64,000 bases of DNA, taken from NCBI GenBank assembly GCA_951406725.2, contig OX597833.1, positions 51,460,001 through 51,524,000 of the forward strand. The letters are read 5' to 3'. Numbering within the stretch: the stretch's first letter is position 1; each line of letters starts with the position of its first letter. The DNA comes from Octopus vulgaris (taxonomy: Eukaryota). Position numbers and translations under genes: made by a program. Positions 27,121-38,615 of this stretch are shown in pieces. A model generated the notes under the pieces. That model searched no databases. It worked only from the letters and a program-made list of their open reading frames with translations, and had not been told where the DNA came from.

Positions 27121-27142
27121 ATAATAATAATAATAATTTTAC

Positions 27143-27178
<36 letters not shown>

Positions 27179-27209
27179 GACATAGACGGACGGCGGGATT
27201 GACAAACAG

Positions 27210-27272
<63 letters not shown>

Positions 27273-27530
27273 AGAGAGACGGATAGATTGACAAACAGAT
27301 AGATAGATAAATGGATGGATGGATGGATGGATGGATGGACGGACGGACGGACGGACAGACAGACAGACAGGTAGGTAGGTAGGTAGGTAGGTAGGTAGGT
27401 AGGTAGGTAGGTGGGTAGGTAGGTAGGTATGTGGGTAGGTGGGTGGGTGGTTAGGTGGATGGATGGATGGATGTTCAGAGAGAAAGACATACAGATGCTG
27501 ATATCTTTTGGAGCATATATATACATATAT

Positions 27531-27902
27531 GTGGAGGCGCAATGGCCCAGCGGACTCGCGGTCGTAGGATCGCGGTTTCGATTCCCAGACCGGGCGTTGT
27601 GAGTGTTTATTGAGCGAAAACACCTAAAGCTCCATGGGACTCCAGCAGTGGGTGGTGGTGATCCCTGCTGTACTCTTTCACCACAACTTTCTCTCACTCT
27701 TTCTTCCTGTTTCTGTCGTACCTGTATTTCAAAGGGCCGGCCTTGTCACTCTCTGTGTCACGCTGAATATCCCCGAGAACTACGTTAAGGCTACACCTGT
27801 CTGTGGAGTGCTCAGCCACTTACACGTTAATTTCACGAGCAGGCTGTTCCGTTGATCGGATCAACCGGAACCCTCGTCGTTGTAACCGACGGAGTGCTTC
27901 CA
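27531..27902 (+). mobile_element. SINE family C, tail type 2
   Basis: Near-identical to 29343-29735 and 30682-31070. Confidence 0.9.
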
Positions 27903-28393
27903 CTCCACATACATATATACATATATATAATACATGATTTCAAAATGAAGTGGGGTATACACAGAGTGCATTTTATGTGCTGCTCGTAGATTCTCCCACT
28001 CACTCCAATATATTGGCAAAACCTATCAATTGCCTCGACCCATACATTCACCCACCAATCGCACAACGTTAAGTCGATCCGTTCTTCGTCTGAACATTCA
28101 CTTCCAGCTAATATAATATAATTGGTAACTGCCAGTCTCCGGAAATAGAGAAGAAAATTGATACATTGATGATAAAACGAATACTGAAAATTTATGCTGG
28201 CTTTTTCATTATTACGCAAAGAAACACACACACACACAAACACATTTTCACACACATGATTATATGTAAATGTGTATGAGTGTATATAGATGCGATCACA
28301 TGTATGCTTGCTTCTCTCACTCCCTTCCTCTCTCATTCTTTCATTTTCTCTTTCTCCCTCTCTCTTTATATATATATATATATATATTATATA

Positions 28394-28771
28394 TCTATAT
28401 ATAAACGGCAGTTTGTCTGTGCGTGTTTCTGTGTGTCTGTTTTCTTGTACCCTCACCCTGACCACGGCTTTCAACCGATTCTGATGAAACTTGACACACA
28501 CATAGCCCAATGTCATAATTCAAAACTAACGCAGCGAAAATTTTGAAAAGTTCCCCCAGTTCTGAAAAAAATCGATAAATTCGACATGGAGTCGAGAATC
28601 AGAAACACAAACCGCAAACTGTCTAGGGGACGCAACTCCACCTTTTTTAACTAAAAAAAAAATTTACCATCATTTTTTTCCATTTTTTTGCTATTTTTTG
28701 GCTATAACTCTCTAAAAATGCTTTATAGTTATCTCCCTTACAAACCTGAGCAACGCCGGGCGATACTGCTA

Positions 28772-28772
<1 letters not shown>
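28394..28772 (+). mobile_element. Non-autonomous Helitron, different 5' body
   Basis: A|TC start, hairpin, CTAG|T end; 3' end shared with the other three Helitrons. Confidence 0.88.
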
Positions 28773-28822
<50 letters not shown>

Positions 28823-28827
<5 letters not shown>

Positions 28828-29074
28828 GCGCCCTTTTAAAGCCTAGCTAGGCTCATGGACCCGGTTTTCCGGTTTCTATGGCGAATGTGTTCCCCAACTG
28901 GACGGGACCCCAGTCCATCACAGTTTTACTCATTTTTGCTAGCTGAGTGGGCAGGAGCAACGTGAAATGAAGTGTTTTACTCAAGTACACAACGCGTCGC
29001 CCAGTCCAAGAATCGAAACCACAATCTTACGATCATGGTGCTGACACCCTAACCACTAACCCACGCGCCTCCAC
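28823..29074 (-). mobile_element. SINE family E (tRNA head, Meta/CORE-like body, tail type 3-like)
   Basis: Reverse-complement homolog of 35748-36006. Confidence 0.85.
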
Positions 29075-29117
29075 ACACACACACACACACACACACGCAC
29101 ATATATATATATATGTA

Positions 29118-29330
29118 TACAGGGTTGGCCGAACTCACCTGACAGTAAATGAAAACCATTTAATTCCAAGATTTATTTATAACAACTGAATAAATTTGAT
29201 AAAAGCATCTAAATATGAAACATCATGAAGATTGTTCAAACTGAAGTCCTTCTTGAACGACACATTTTTCCATTCGAGTCAATACAGAATTACAGACAGT
29301 ATTTATGGAATTTTGATTTACTGTCGGTGT
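29118..29330 (-). mobile_element. Tc1/mariner-like terminal fragment
   Basis: TA+cagggt terminus; minus-strand C-terminus VLTRMEKCVVQEGLQFEQ resembles transposase ends. Confidence 0.45.
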
Positions 29331-29342
29331 GTATGTATATAT

Positions 29343-29733
29343 GTGGAGGCGCAATGGCCCAGTGGTTAGGGCAGCGGACTCGCGGTCGTAGGATGGCGGT
29401 TTCGATTCCCAGACCGGGCGTTTGTGAGTGTTTATTGAGCGAAAACACCTAAAGCACCACGGAGGCTCCGGCAGGGATGGTGGTGATCCCTGCTGTACTC
29501 TTTCACCACAACTTTCTCTCACTCTTACTTCCTGTTTCTGTTGTACCTGTATTTCAAAGGACCGGCCTTGTCACTCTCTGTGTCACGCTGAATATCCCCG
29601 AGAACTACGTTAAGGGTACACGTGTCTGTGGAGTGCTCAGCCACTTACACGTTAATTTCACGAGCAGGCTGTTCCGTTGATTCGGATCAACCGGAACCCT
29701 CGTCGTCGTAACCGACGGAGTGCTTCCATCCAT

Positions 29734-29735
<2 letters not shown>
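29343..29735 (+). mobile_element. SINE family C, tail type 2
   Basis: Full-length copy. Confidence 0.9.
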
Positions 29736-29768
<33 letters not shown>

Positions 29769-30072
29769 GGGCTCATCTTTGTGTATGAAAATATTTTATA
29801 CACTTTTATATTTATAAAAATATGTTATGTCTTATGACTCATTTTTCTGCATGCTAACCTCTGGTAATAAATTATTTTAATTTATTACATTTATATTTAC
29901 GATAGTAATATTTATAATTCAGAGGCTATATAGAACACAGTTTTAAATTTATTTATTTACTGCTGGACTATATATTTAAGCTCGTACTAAGTTCGAATCC
30001 TTAATTGATAAAGAAGTAGTTGTCTTGCACACGTGTTTTCGGTACGTATTTGCAACTACATAATCATTCATT

Positions 30073-30159
30073 AATTAGCAATTCTGCTGATGAGCTACAG
30101 ATTCCAAATTAGTGTATTTGGCAATTAATAGCAAAACTCGAGTTCGGGATTAACTAATT
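30073..30159 (+). ncRNA. Type I hammerhead ribozyme, mutated (G12A)
   Basis: ~13-bp imperfect helix I (30073-86/30145-59); CTGATGA 30087-93; helix II gcta..ccaaat/atttgg..tagc; AAAA in place of GAAA; palindromic helix III AC-TCGA-GT; GUU site. Confidence 0.7.
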
Positions 30160-30681
30160 CATTTTTTTAATGTTTTTTTCTCTAGCGTTATAACAGCGTG
30201 CTTCATGAGACTCTTTTTCGTAGTTTGGGTTTTAACTGGCCTTTTTAGAATGTAAGGAATCCTGTCAAGGGTCTCCTCTTTGTGTATAAAAATATTTTAT
30301 ACACTCTTATATATATATTACAGACAAGAAAGTAATATTTCGAAAGGAGTATACCAGAGAAAGGGGGGGAACAGCAGAGAGATTGGGTATTTTACCGTTA
30401 TATATGGAAGAGCATATATTATGTGCATATTCAAGTAAAAAGGCTTAATTAGTCCGAAACTCGTCTAAAATTCTCATCTGTTCTCAAGCGAATGAATAAA
30501 TTAACGTTAAAGCGTAAGTACTATTAATAATTAATTGATTAGATTTTGTTGCCGCTCTGTGACTGAATAATGTTATATTCTTTTTCAAAGTATGGCATTT
30601 CTGAATTATTTCACCCAGCATACTTGTAACACATGCTGATACTACACTTATAGTGATTCACTATATAGGTGTACACCAGTA

Positions 30682-31070
30682 GGAGGCGCAATGGCCCAGT
30701 GGTTAGGGCAGCGGACTCGCGGTCGTAGGATCGCTGTTTCGATTCCCAGACCGGGCGTTGTGAATGTTTATTGAGCGAAAACACCTAAAGCTCCACGAGG
30801 TTCCGGCAGGGATGGTGGGGATCCCTGCTGTACTCTTTCACCATAACTTTCTCTCACTCTTACTTCCTGTTTCTGTTGTACCTGTATTTCAAAGGGCCGG
30901 CCTTGTCCCTCTCTGTGTCACGCTGAATATCCCCGAGAACTACGTTAAGGGTACACGTGTCTGTGGAGTGCTCAGCCACTTACACGTTAATTTCACGAGC
31001 AGGCTGTTCCGTTGATCGGATCAACCGGAACTCTCATCGTCGTAACCGACGGAGTGCTTCCAAAAATTAG
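30682..31070 (+). mobile_element. SINE family C, tail type 2
   Basis: Full-length; TSD tacaccagta/tataccagta. Confidence 0.9.
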
Positions 31071-31159
31071 TATACCAGTATAATGATATACTTGACATTA
31101 ATTTATATAACATATTAATCTATATATTTACATATTGTGTTTATATTACGAAGATAGCT

Positions 31160-31206
31160 TTTGCTAAGCCGAGGAGATCTAAAAGGCCCGAAACGCGTCG
31201 GCAAAT
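31160..31206 (+). ncRNA. Degenerate hammerhead-like motif
   Basis: tttgct..CCGAGGA-gatctaaaaggccc-GAAAC-GC-GTC-ggcaaa; U4C change and weak helix II. Confidence 0.45.
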
Positions 31207-31598
31207 GTCAAGAGTTGTCGCCCATATTAGCAATACTAAAACTAAAAATAAAGAATTTAAGCCAGTGACCTAATGTTTTCTTAAACAGAGTAAGTATTAA
31301 TAATTTATTAGAATTTTTTTTTTGTTTTTTTTTTTTGCTTTTCCTTTCTACATCACACATGGCAACACTAACACGATTGTCTTCACACACTGTGGAAATA
31401 TGTAGCAATGCAAGCCTCCGCATGTACAACTGCAGCTGCGGTAGTAAGAGCAGCAGCAGTAGCGGCAGCAGTAGCGGCAGCAGCAGCAGCAGTAAAACAG
31501 ATGTAACATTAGAAGCTAAAATAGCAATATCGTAGTATGTATGTATAGTCTAGTGCAGTTTATGTGAGTGCTAGGCATACATATACATAGATACATAG

Positions 31599-31642
<44 letters not shown>

Positions 31643-31656
31643 GTGAGTATGTGTGT

Positions 31657-31705
<49 letters not shown>

Positions 31706-31955
31706 CATACGTGAGTGTGTGTGTGGATAAACCACAGCCTGTAGATCTCCCCCACCACTTCTCTCCGTGTTTTTCTCTCAATCTCTCTCTTTGTGGCAGA
31801 GTGTGGTGGTGTGGTGGTGTGTCGTACAGGGGAACAGCTGAGTTATACATTAAAAGAAGTGAAATATTCAGAAGAACAGGTGGCAAATACATTACTCAAC
31901 TGCAATAGTCATTAGCTTTTGTAACAACTCATAATCGGACAGTTTAAAGGCATAC

Positions 31956-32013
<58 letters not shown>

Positions 32014-32075
32014 TATATATATGCATACATATGTATTCATACATAAATATATCCATATTTAAAAATAACATATGC

Positions 32076-32113
<38 letters not shown>

Positions 32114-32837
32114 ACGTATATATAATATGTGTATATATATGGGCCTGCATAAAACATTTATTGATACGTATACAGAACAAGCATACAAATGTATAGACGC
32201 ACACACATATATATATACACAACGCATACATATATATATAAACGTATGCATTATATAATGTATATATATATGTATATGTATATATACATGCATATATACA
32301 TATATACATACATACAAGCATATATTGTCTATGTATATGTATATGTGAGAACTTTCACACATACATATAGTTCTACTCGTATATAAATATATATACATTT
32401 TCGTTAACCACGAATGTAACCTCGCTGGAGTTTTGAGAGCGACACTTTCCGCAAAACTCGTAATTTCTCACGCACACATACACATAAACACATGTATATA
32501 TACATACATGTATACACTCACATACCAGTAGATACTTAGACTGACTTACGCTCGAACATATGTTATGTCGATTAAAATTATACTAAGAAAACCGGAATTG
32601 GTATATGCCGATAGTTGTAGGACTCTGGTTCTAATCTCTCACTAGGTCAGCGCGTAATTGGTTTCAAGGAGGCAATTTGTAAATGGAATGTATAGAGAAT
32701 TGATTCGATTACGTCCACTAACTTCTGGTTTGAAATTGTCTTGGCTGTTATTTAGCCACAGGTCATCCTTTGTTGAAGGAGACTCATGACCAAATTGTTC
32801 GCGCAAGCAAATCCATACATATATATATATACATATA

Positions 32838-33229
32838 CTCTTTTACTATTTTACTCTTTCACATGTTTCAGTTATTTGACTGTAGCCATGCTGGAGGATC
32901 ACCTTTTTAACCGAGCACATCGACTCCAGGACTTATTCTTTGTAAGCCTAGTACTTATTCTATCGGTCTATTTTACCGAACCGCTAAATTACGGGGACGT
33001 AAACACACCAGCATCGGTTGTCAAGCGATGTTGGGGGGAGGGGGGGCAAACATAGACACACAAACGTATACACACATATACATACATACATACATATACG
33101 ACGGGATTCTTTCAGTTTCCCTCTACCAAATCCACTCACAAGGCTTTGGTTGGCCCGAGGCTATAGTAGAAGACACTTGCCCAAGGTGCCACGCAGTGGG
33201 TCTGAACCCGGAAACACATGGTTCCGGGT

Positions 33230-33230
<1 letters not shown>
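32838..33230 (-). mobile_element. SINE family A
   Basis: Reverse complement of the consensus. Confidence 0.88.
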
Positions 33231-33278
<48 letters not shown>

Positions 33279-33280
33279 AT

Positions 33281-33540
33281 GGCACTCTGTCGGTTACGAC
33301 CACCTAGGTTTCAGCTGATCCGATCAACGAAACAACCTACTCGTGAAATTAACGTGCAAATGTCTGAGCACGCCATAGATACGTGTAAACTTTATGTAGT
33401 TCTCGCGGAGATTCAGCATGACAAGGCTGCCCCTTTGAAATACAGGTACAGCAGAAACAAGAAGAAAGATTGAGAGAAGGTTATGGTCAAAGAGTACAGC
33501 AGGGTTCACCACCACCCCTTGCCGGGGCCTCGAGGAGTTT
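33281..33540 (-). mobile_element. SINE family C tail type 2, 5'-truncated
   Basis: Diverged reverse-complement match. Confidence 0.8.
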
Positions 33541-33559
33541 TCTTCGGGACTGTTTCTGG

Positions 33560-33800
33560 TCAAGCAGCGAGTCGGACAGATTGCAGCCGTGATGTTGATT
33601 TTTCTGGTACTTCAGATAAAAATTTTGTAAATGTTCGTTGAACACATCCACAAATCTCTGGAGTTGTTTGTCAGGGAGTCGAAAATGTGTGGGCCCTTGA
33701 AAACTAAGCTGTTTCCGCACTGAGTCTTTACTCCGAAAAGAAATGCGTTATCCAAAGTGACTTGCAATTTTTAAGATGATAAAGACTGGTTTTATGTGAA
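33560..33800 (-). mobile_element. CR1/L2-group LINE 3' remnant
   Basis: Minus-strand CGNSLVFKGPHIFDSL...ILSEVPE resembles the ORF2 end at 2993-3430. Confidence 0.55.
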
Positions 33801-33970
33801 TGTGACTGCTTTCAGTAGAAATTCAAAGCAATCAAATAGAGGCTCCTTTGTTTGATGGTGATTAGCTTCTAGGCCGACGGAAAGATAAAGTGAATGCTAG
33901 CACAAAACTGAATACAAAACACTGAACACAGTAGTACGTTTCTACTGTATATTAATTCGGATACTGTATA

Positions 33971-34230
33971 GCCGTGGTTCTTAACGGGGGTCCACATGAC
34001 CCTTGGGGGTCCGTATAAGGTTTTGTTGTTAAAATCCATGTGCAATAAATTGCTTATAGTTCTACAATACAAAAAAATATTTTAACAGTATTCTTTATAC
34101 AATCCCTAATAATTTTTAATTATAAATCTATTATGGGATGTTTAAATTACCAAATGACTAAGAAGGTGGAACCTAGTAAAATAAGAACCAAAGGGACCCA
34201 TATGCTAAAAAAATGGTTGAGAACTAATGC
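33971..34230. mobile_element. hAT-like MITE remnant
   Basis: Degenerate TIRs gtggttcttaac / gttgagaactaa. Confidence 0.5.
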
Positions 34231-34256
34231 TGTATATTTTTGTTATGCCAATATAT

Positions 34257-34419
34257 AGGCGCAGGAGTGGCTGTGTGGTAAGTAGATTGCTTGCCAACCA
34301 CATGGTTCCGGGTTCAGTCCCACTGCGCGGCACTTTGGGCTAGTGTCTTCTACTATAGCCTCGGGCCGACCAAAGCCTTGTGAGTGGATTTGGTCGACGG
34401 AAACTGAAAGAAGCATGTC

Positions 34420-34504
<85 letters not shown>

Positions 34505-34698
34505 TCCTCCCAACATAGCTTGACAACCGATGCTGGTGTGTTTACGTCCCCGTAACTTAGCGGTTCGGCAAAAGAGACCGATAGAATAAGTACTAGGCTT
34601 ACAATGAATAAGTCCTGAGGTCGATTTTCTCGACTAAAGGCGGTGCTCCAGCATGGCCGCAGTCAAATGACTGAAACGAGTAAAAGAGTAAGAGAGTA
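34257..34698 (+). mobile_element. SINE family A, full length
   Basis: A box tggctgtgtgg, B box gggttcagtcc, CORE-like ggcactttgggctag, (TA)n(TG)n linker, tail ending gtaaaagag. Confidence 0.92.
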
Positions 34699-34869
34699 AT
34701 ATCCTGCATTCTCGATGTTCTACAGGATATTAATTCTGATACGCTAAAGCTTCCATAAGAGACGCTACAGTTCCTTCATGAAATTAAGTCACACTGCCTG
34801 CATTCTATATCAAGCATATATTTTGACAATAATTTCAACTAGAAATTTAGTCCGACATTTTTTTCCTCT

Positions 34870-35080
34870 GTTTTTTCTTTTACTTGTTTCAGTCATTTGA
34901 CTGCGGCCATGCTGGAGCACCGCCTTTATAGTCGAGCAAATTGATCTCAGAGCTTATTCTCTTTGTAATCCTAGTACTTATTCTATCGGTCTCTTTTGCC
35001 GAATCGTTAAGTTACGGGGACGTAAACACATCAGTATCGGTTGTCAAGCGATGCTGTGGGGACAAACAGACACACAAACG

Positions 35081-35137
<57 letters not shown>

Positions 35138-35312
35138 GTATACATATACGACGGGCTTCTTCCAGTTTCCGTCTACCAAATCTACTCACAAGGCTTTGGT
35201 CGGCCCGAGGCTATAGTAGAAGACACTTGCCCAAGATGCCACGCAGTGAGACTGAACCCGGGACCATGTGGTTGGTAAGTAAGATACTTACCACATAGTC
35301 ACTCCTGCACCT
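34870..35312 (-). mobile_element. SINE family A, full length, inverted relative to its neighbour
   Basis: Reverse complement of 34257-34698. Confidence 0.92.
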
Positions 35313-35329
35313 ATTCTGTTTCTCAAATA

Positions 35330-36060
35330 TATATTTAATTTCTCTCTATACAGTGATTTCATATAGTATGAGACTATTATCTATATAAGCTGTTTAGTAT
35401 GAGACACTACAGTTCGTATCAAACAGTCTGACATGCTCTAATCTGTGTCAGACATGCAGATTTGGACCCAGCAATTTGCATCAGATATTTAGTTTGACAT
35501 TCTACATTTTCTCTCAAATAGTTTCGTAGCGTATAATTCATATCATATGTTTTATTTGACTTCTTATAGACCGTCAGACATTATAGCTTGTATCAGACAT
35601 TTAGTCTGACACATCATGGTTTGAATCAGACATTTGCTTTACTCCAATATGGTTTCTTGCAAAAATTTAGTTCAAAGCTCTTCAGTACATTTGGCTACCT
35701 ACAGTTTGTATCAAACATTTTAGTTTTAGCACTGTACAGATTCTCTTGTGGAGGCGCGTGGCCTAGTGGTTAGGGTGTCAGCATCATGATCGTAAGATTG
35801 TGGTTTCGATTCCTGGACTGGACGACGCGCTGTGTTCTTGAGCAAAAGACTTCACTTCACGTTGCTCCAGTCCACTCAGCTGGCAAAAATGAGTAACACT
35901 GCGATGGACTGGCGTCCCGTCCAGCTGGGGAATACATACTCTATTGAAACCGGGAAACCGGGCCCATGAGCCTGGCTAGGCTTTAAAGGGGCGCATTTAT
36001 TTTTTTCCATTATAGATTCTCTAGAGCATTTATTTTGGACTACAATTTCTATAAGATATT
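35330..36060. repeat. Degenerate ~35-bp minisatellite interrupted by a SINE
   Basis: Recurrent tttagtctgaca...cagtttgtatcagaca-like units. Confidence 0.55.
35748..36006 (+). mobile_element. SINE family E
   Basis: tRNA-like head, gtgttcttgagcaa..ccactcagctggcaaaaatgagta body, gatggactggcgtcccgtccag tail. Confidence 0.87.
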
Positions 36061-36061
36061 T

Positions 36062-36256
36062 AGGCTTAGGAGTGGCTGTGTGGTAAGTAACTTGCTACCG
36101 AACTACATGGTTCCGGGTTCAGTTCCACTGCGCGGCACCTTGGGCAAGTGTCTTCTACTATAGCCTCGGGTCGACCAAAGCCTTGTGAGTAGATTTGGTA
36201 GACGGAAACTGAAAGAAGCCCGTCGTATATATGTATATACATATATACATATATAC

Positions 36257-36305
<49 letters not shown>

Positions 36306-36873
36306 AAATAAGAAAATGGAGAAATATATCTAAATCATTCATCAACTATCAGATAATACCGAATCATATACTTTATTAAAACACTACACAAGAGCATTAA
36401 GATTAGACATTAATACAGTACAATAATTACAATCAATATAATGAGATATAACTAAATAAATATAACAAGATATAAAAATACATATACATTATAACTGACA
36501 GCTGTTTCGGCCATGCAGATAAGTATGTCTCATTTAACCTACATTAGCCATATATTGCAGGTATAAATGAGACATTAACAAAAATATCTTACGGCCTCTT
36601 CGGAGATTTACAACCCCTATCTCATTTTATATATATATATATATATATATATGTTTGTGTGCGTGTATGTTTGTGTGTCTGTGCTTGTCCCCCTAACATC
36701 GCTTGACAGCTAATGCTGGTGTGTTTATGTCCCCGTAACTTAGGGGTTCAGCAAAAGAGACCGATAGAATAAGTACTAGGCTTACAAAGAATAAGTTCTG
36801 GTGTTGATTTGCTCGACTAAAGGCGGTGCTCCAGGATGGCTGCAGTCAAATGACTGAAACAAGTAAAAGAGTA

Positions 36874-36895
<22 letters not shown>
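36062..36895 (+). mobile_element. SINE family A with a ~330-bp insert (36303-36630) in its (TA)n linker
   Basis: Head 36062-36225 and tail 36655-36895 are separated by (TA)n-insert-(TA)n. Confidence 0.88.
36493..36607 (-). ncRNA. Type I hammerhead ribozyme with long helix II (U4C variant)
   Basis: Minus strand: atct-CCGAAGA-ggcc...atgtctcattt..aaatgagacat...ggcc-GAAAC-AGCT-GTC-agtt; palindromic helix III; GUC site. Confidence 0.78.
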
Positions 36896-36904
<9 letters not shown>

Positions 36905-37317
36905 TAAGTTATTTTTCATAACTAGTCTGGAAACTTTTTGATACCACCTCGTATATAAAGGGTGGTCCCATATCAATACGTAGATATGCACTGAAAGACA
37001 AACAACTTTTATATCAAATGGAAAAATTTGAACCAAGCACAAGTTCATAGTTAAATTTCCAGCTTTTGTAAAATATGAACAAAATCAGCAGCAAAGTTGA
37101 TTCCATCCGAGGAATATCTTAAACAAGAATTCTGAGGCTTATCATATTTCGTTTTTTTGGATTTGGTTTGCAAGATTCTTTATATGAGTTGCAAGACGCA
37201 ACGAAAATTTTAGGAAAATAAAAATAAGAAAAAAGTAGAAATTTTACCGGTGAGTGAGTTACATTATAAGGCACACAAAAAATTACTCTCCCCAGAAACA
37301 AAAGAATTCTGAGTTTT

Positions 37318-37755
37318 GGGATCTTTTCGGTTTGAACGGCAGTTTTTTCTAGCGGTGTCATATGAAATTGTCACCCACAATTATGACCCTAGTATCGATC
37401 TATTGCATTTCAACCTGTTTTAGGGTTAGGGTTAGTTAGGGTTAGGGTTAGGATTAGGGGTGGGGGGAAAGGTATCTTTTCTCTTCACAAATGTAAATAA
37501 ACCTAATCTGTTTCTTAAACGAGGGACATATTCATACGGCACAGAATGTTTTTTTACCTCAATGGACGTCAGTGATTGGTTGAAATTGCAGAAATTGAAG
37601 AAAAAAAACAAATATCTTACAAACTATAGAATTTTCTCAAGAAAGCCAAGAGAGAAATATGTTTTATAAACACATTCTACCAGTAGACGAAGTTTAAAAT
37701 TCTTTAGTTACGTGGAAATTATATTAAAAACTGCCGTTCAAACCGAAAAGATCCC
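37318..37755. mobile_element. MITE with 29-bp TIRs and internal TTAGGG-like repeats (copy 2)
   Basis: gggatcttttcggtttgaacggcagtttt ... aaaactgccgttcaaaccgaaaagatccc. Confidence 0.92.
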
Positions 37756-37783
37756 TATAAATTACCCTATCGTTACATTATTT

Positions 37784-38036
37784 ACATTGTTGTATTTCGG
37801 AATGGTCATTTTGCCAGTTTAGCCAATAAAAACACACGCACTATATATTTGGTGTTACTTTGCTCCAGTGTTATTTACTTTTTACATTAATCTTAATCTT
37901 ATTTCGGCCGAATAAGATTAAGATTAAGATTAATGTAAAAAATAAATAACACTGAAGCAAAGTAACACCAAATATATAGTGCGTGTGTTTTTATTGGCTA
38001 AACTGGCAAAATGACCATTCCAAAATACAACAATGT
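37784..38036. repeat. Near-perfect spacer-less palindrome, ~125-bp arms
   Basis: Centre ttcggccgaa (~37902-37911); arms differ by a few substitutions and small indels. Confidence 0.93.
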
Positions 38037-38106
38037 CTGTTTCAAAACACGACTTCACATAAAAAATCTTGCACAACAAATATATAAACGTAATACATTA
38101 TTTACA

Positions 38107-38615
38107 TCTTTATATATAAAAGTAAGGTTGTGTGTCTGTCTCCTACAATTTAGATTCCTAACTACTCCCACATTTTGCGGTGCAGTTTAACCAAAACCGG
38201 GTATCTTATAGTCGTGATTCATATTGAGCTCTTCTGGGTATTAGCGCGCGTCTACGATGAGTCTACGATTTTAAAAATAATTTAACATCATTTTTTATTC
38301 CATTTTAGTGCATAATTTTTCGTGTGTCGATGGCGGCGGAGTTGGCGTCCATGGTCACACCTGCACCTGTTTGCTTCTCCCCCTTCTTCCCTCCCTCGTG
38401 AAGCTGTGGGGAAGGGAGTGTAAGGAAATCAACGTCGTAAAGCGTTGTCAAGGAGACCAGCGTTCTTTTAGAACAACGACTTCATGGCTTGAAGACACCA
38501 AAACAGAAATGGCTAAGAAAGTCCGAATTGGCATCTATAAGGGAAGTAACTCTCTAAAAATGCTTATATAGTTATTTCCCTTACAAACCCGAGCAACGCC
38601 GGGCGATACTGCTAG
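38107..38615 (+). mobile_element. Non-autonomous Helitron
   Basis: A|TC ... cccgagcaacgccggg ... CTAG|T. Confidence 0.92.

Noticed and set aside
27603-31015. Recurrent ORFs MFIERKHLK.../...HLHVNFTSRLFR resembling a gene family
   Set aside because: These are translations of SINE C copies.
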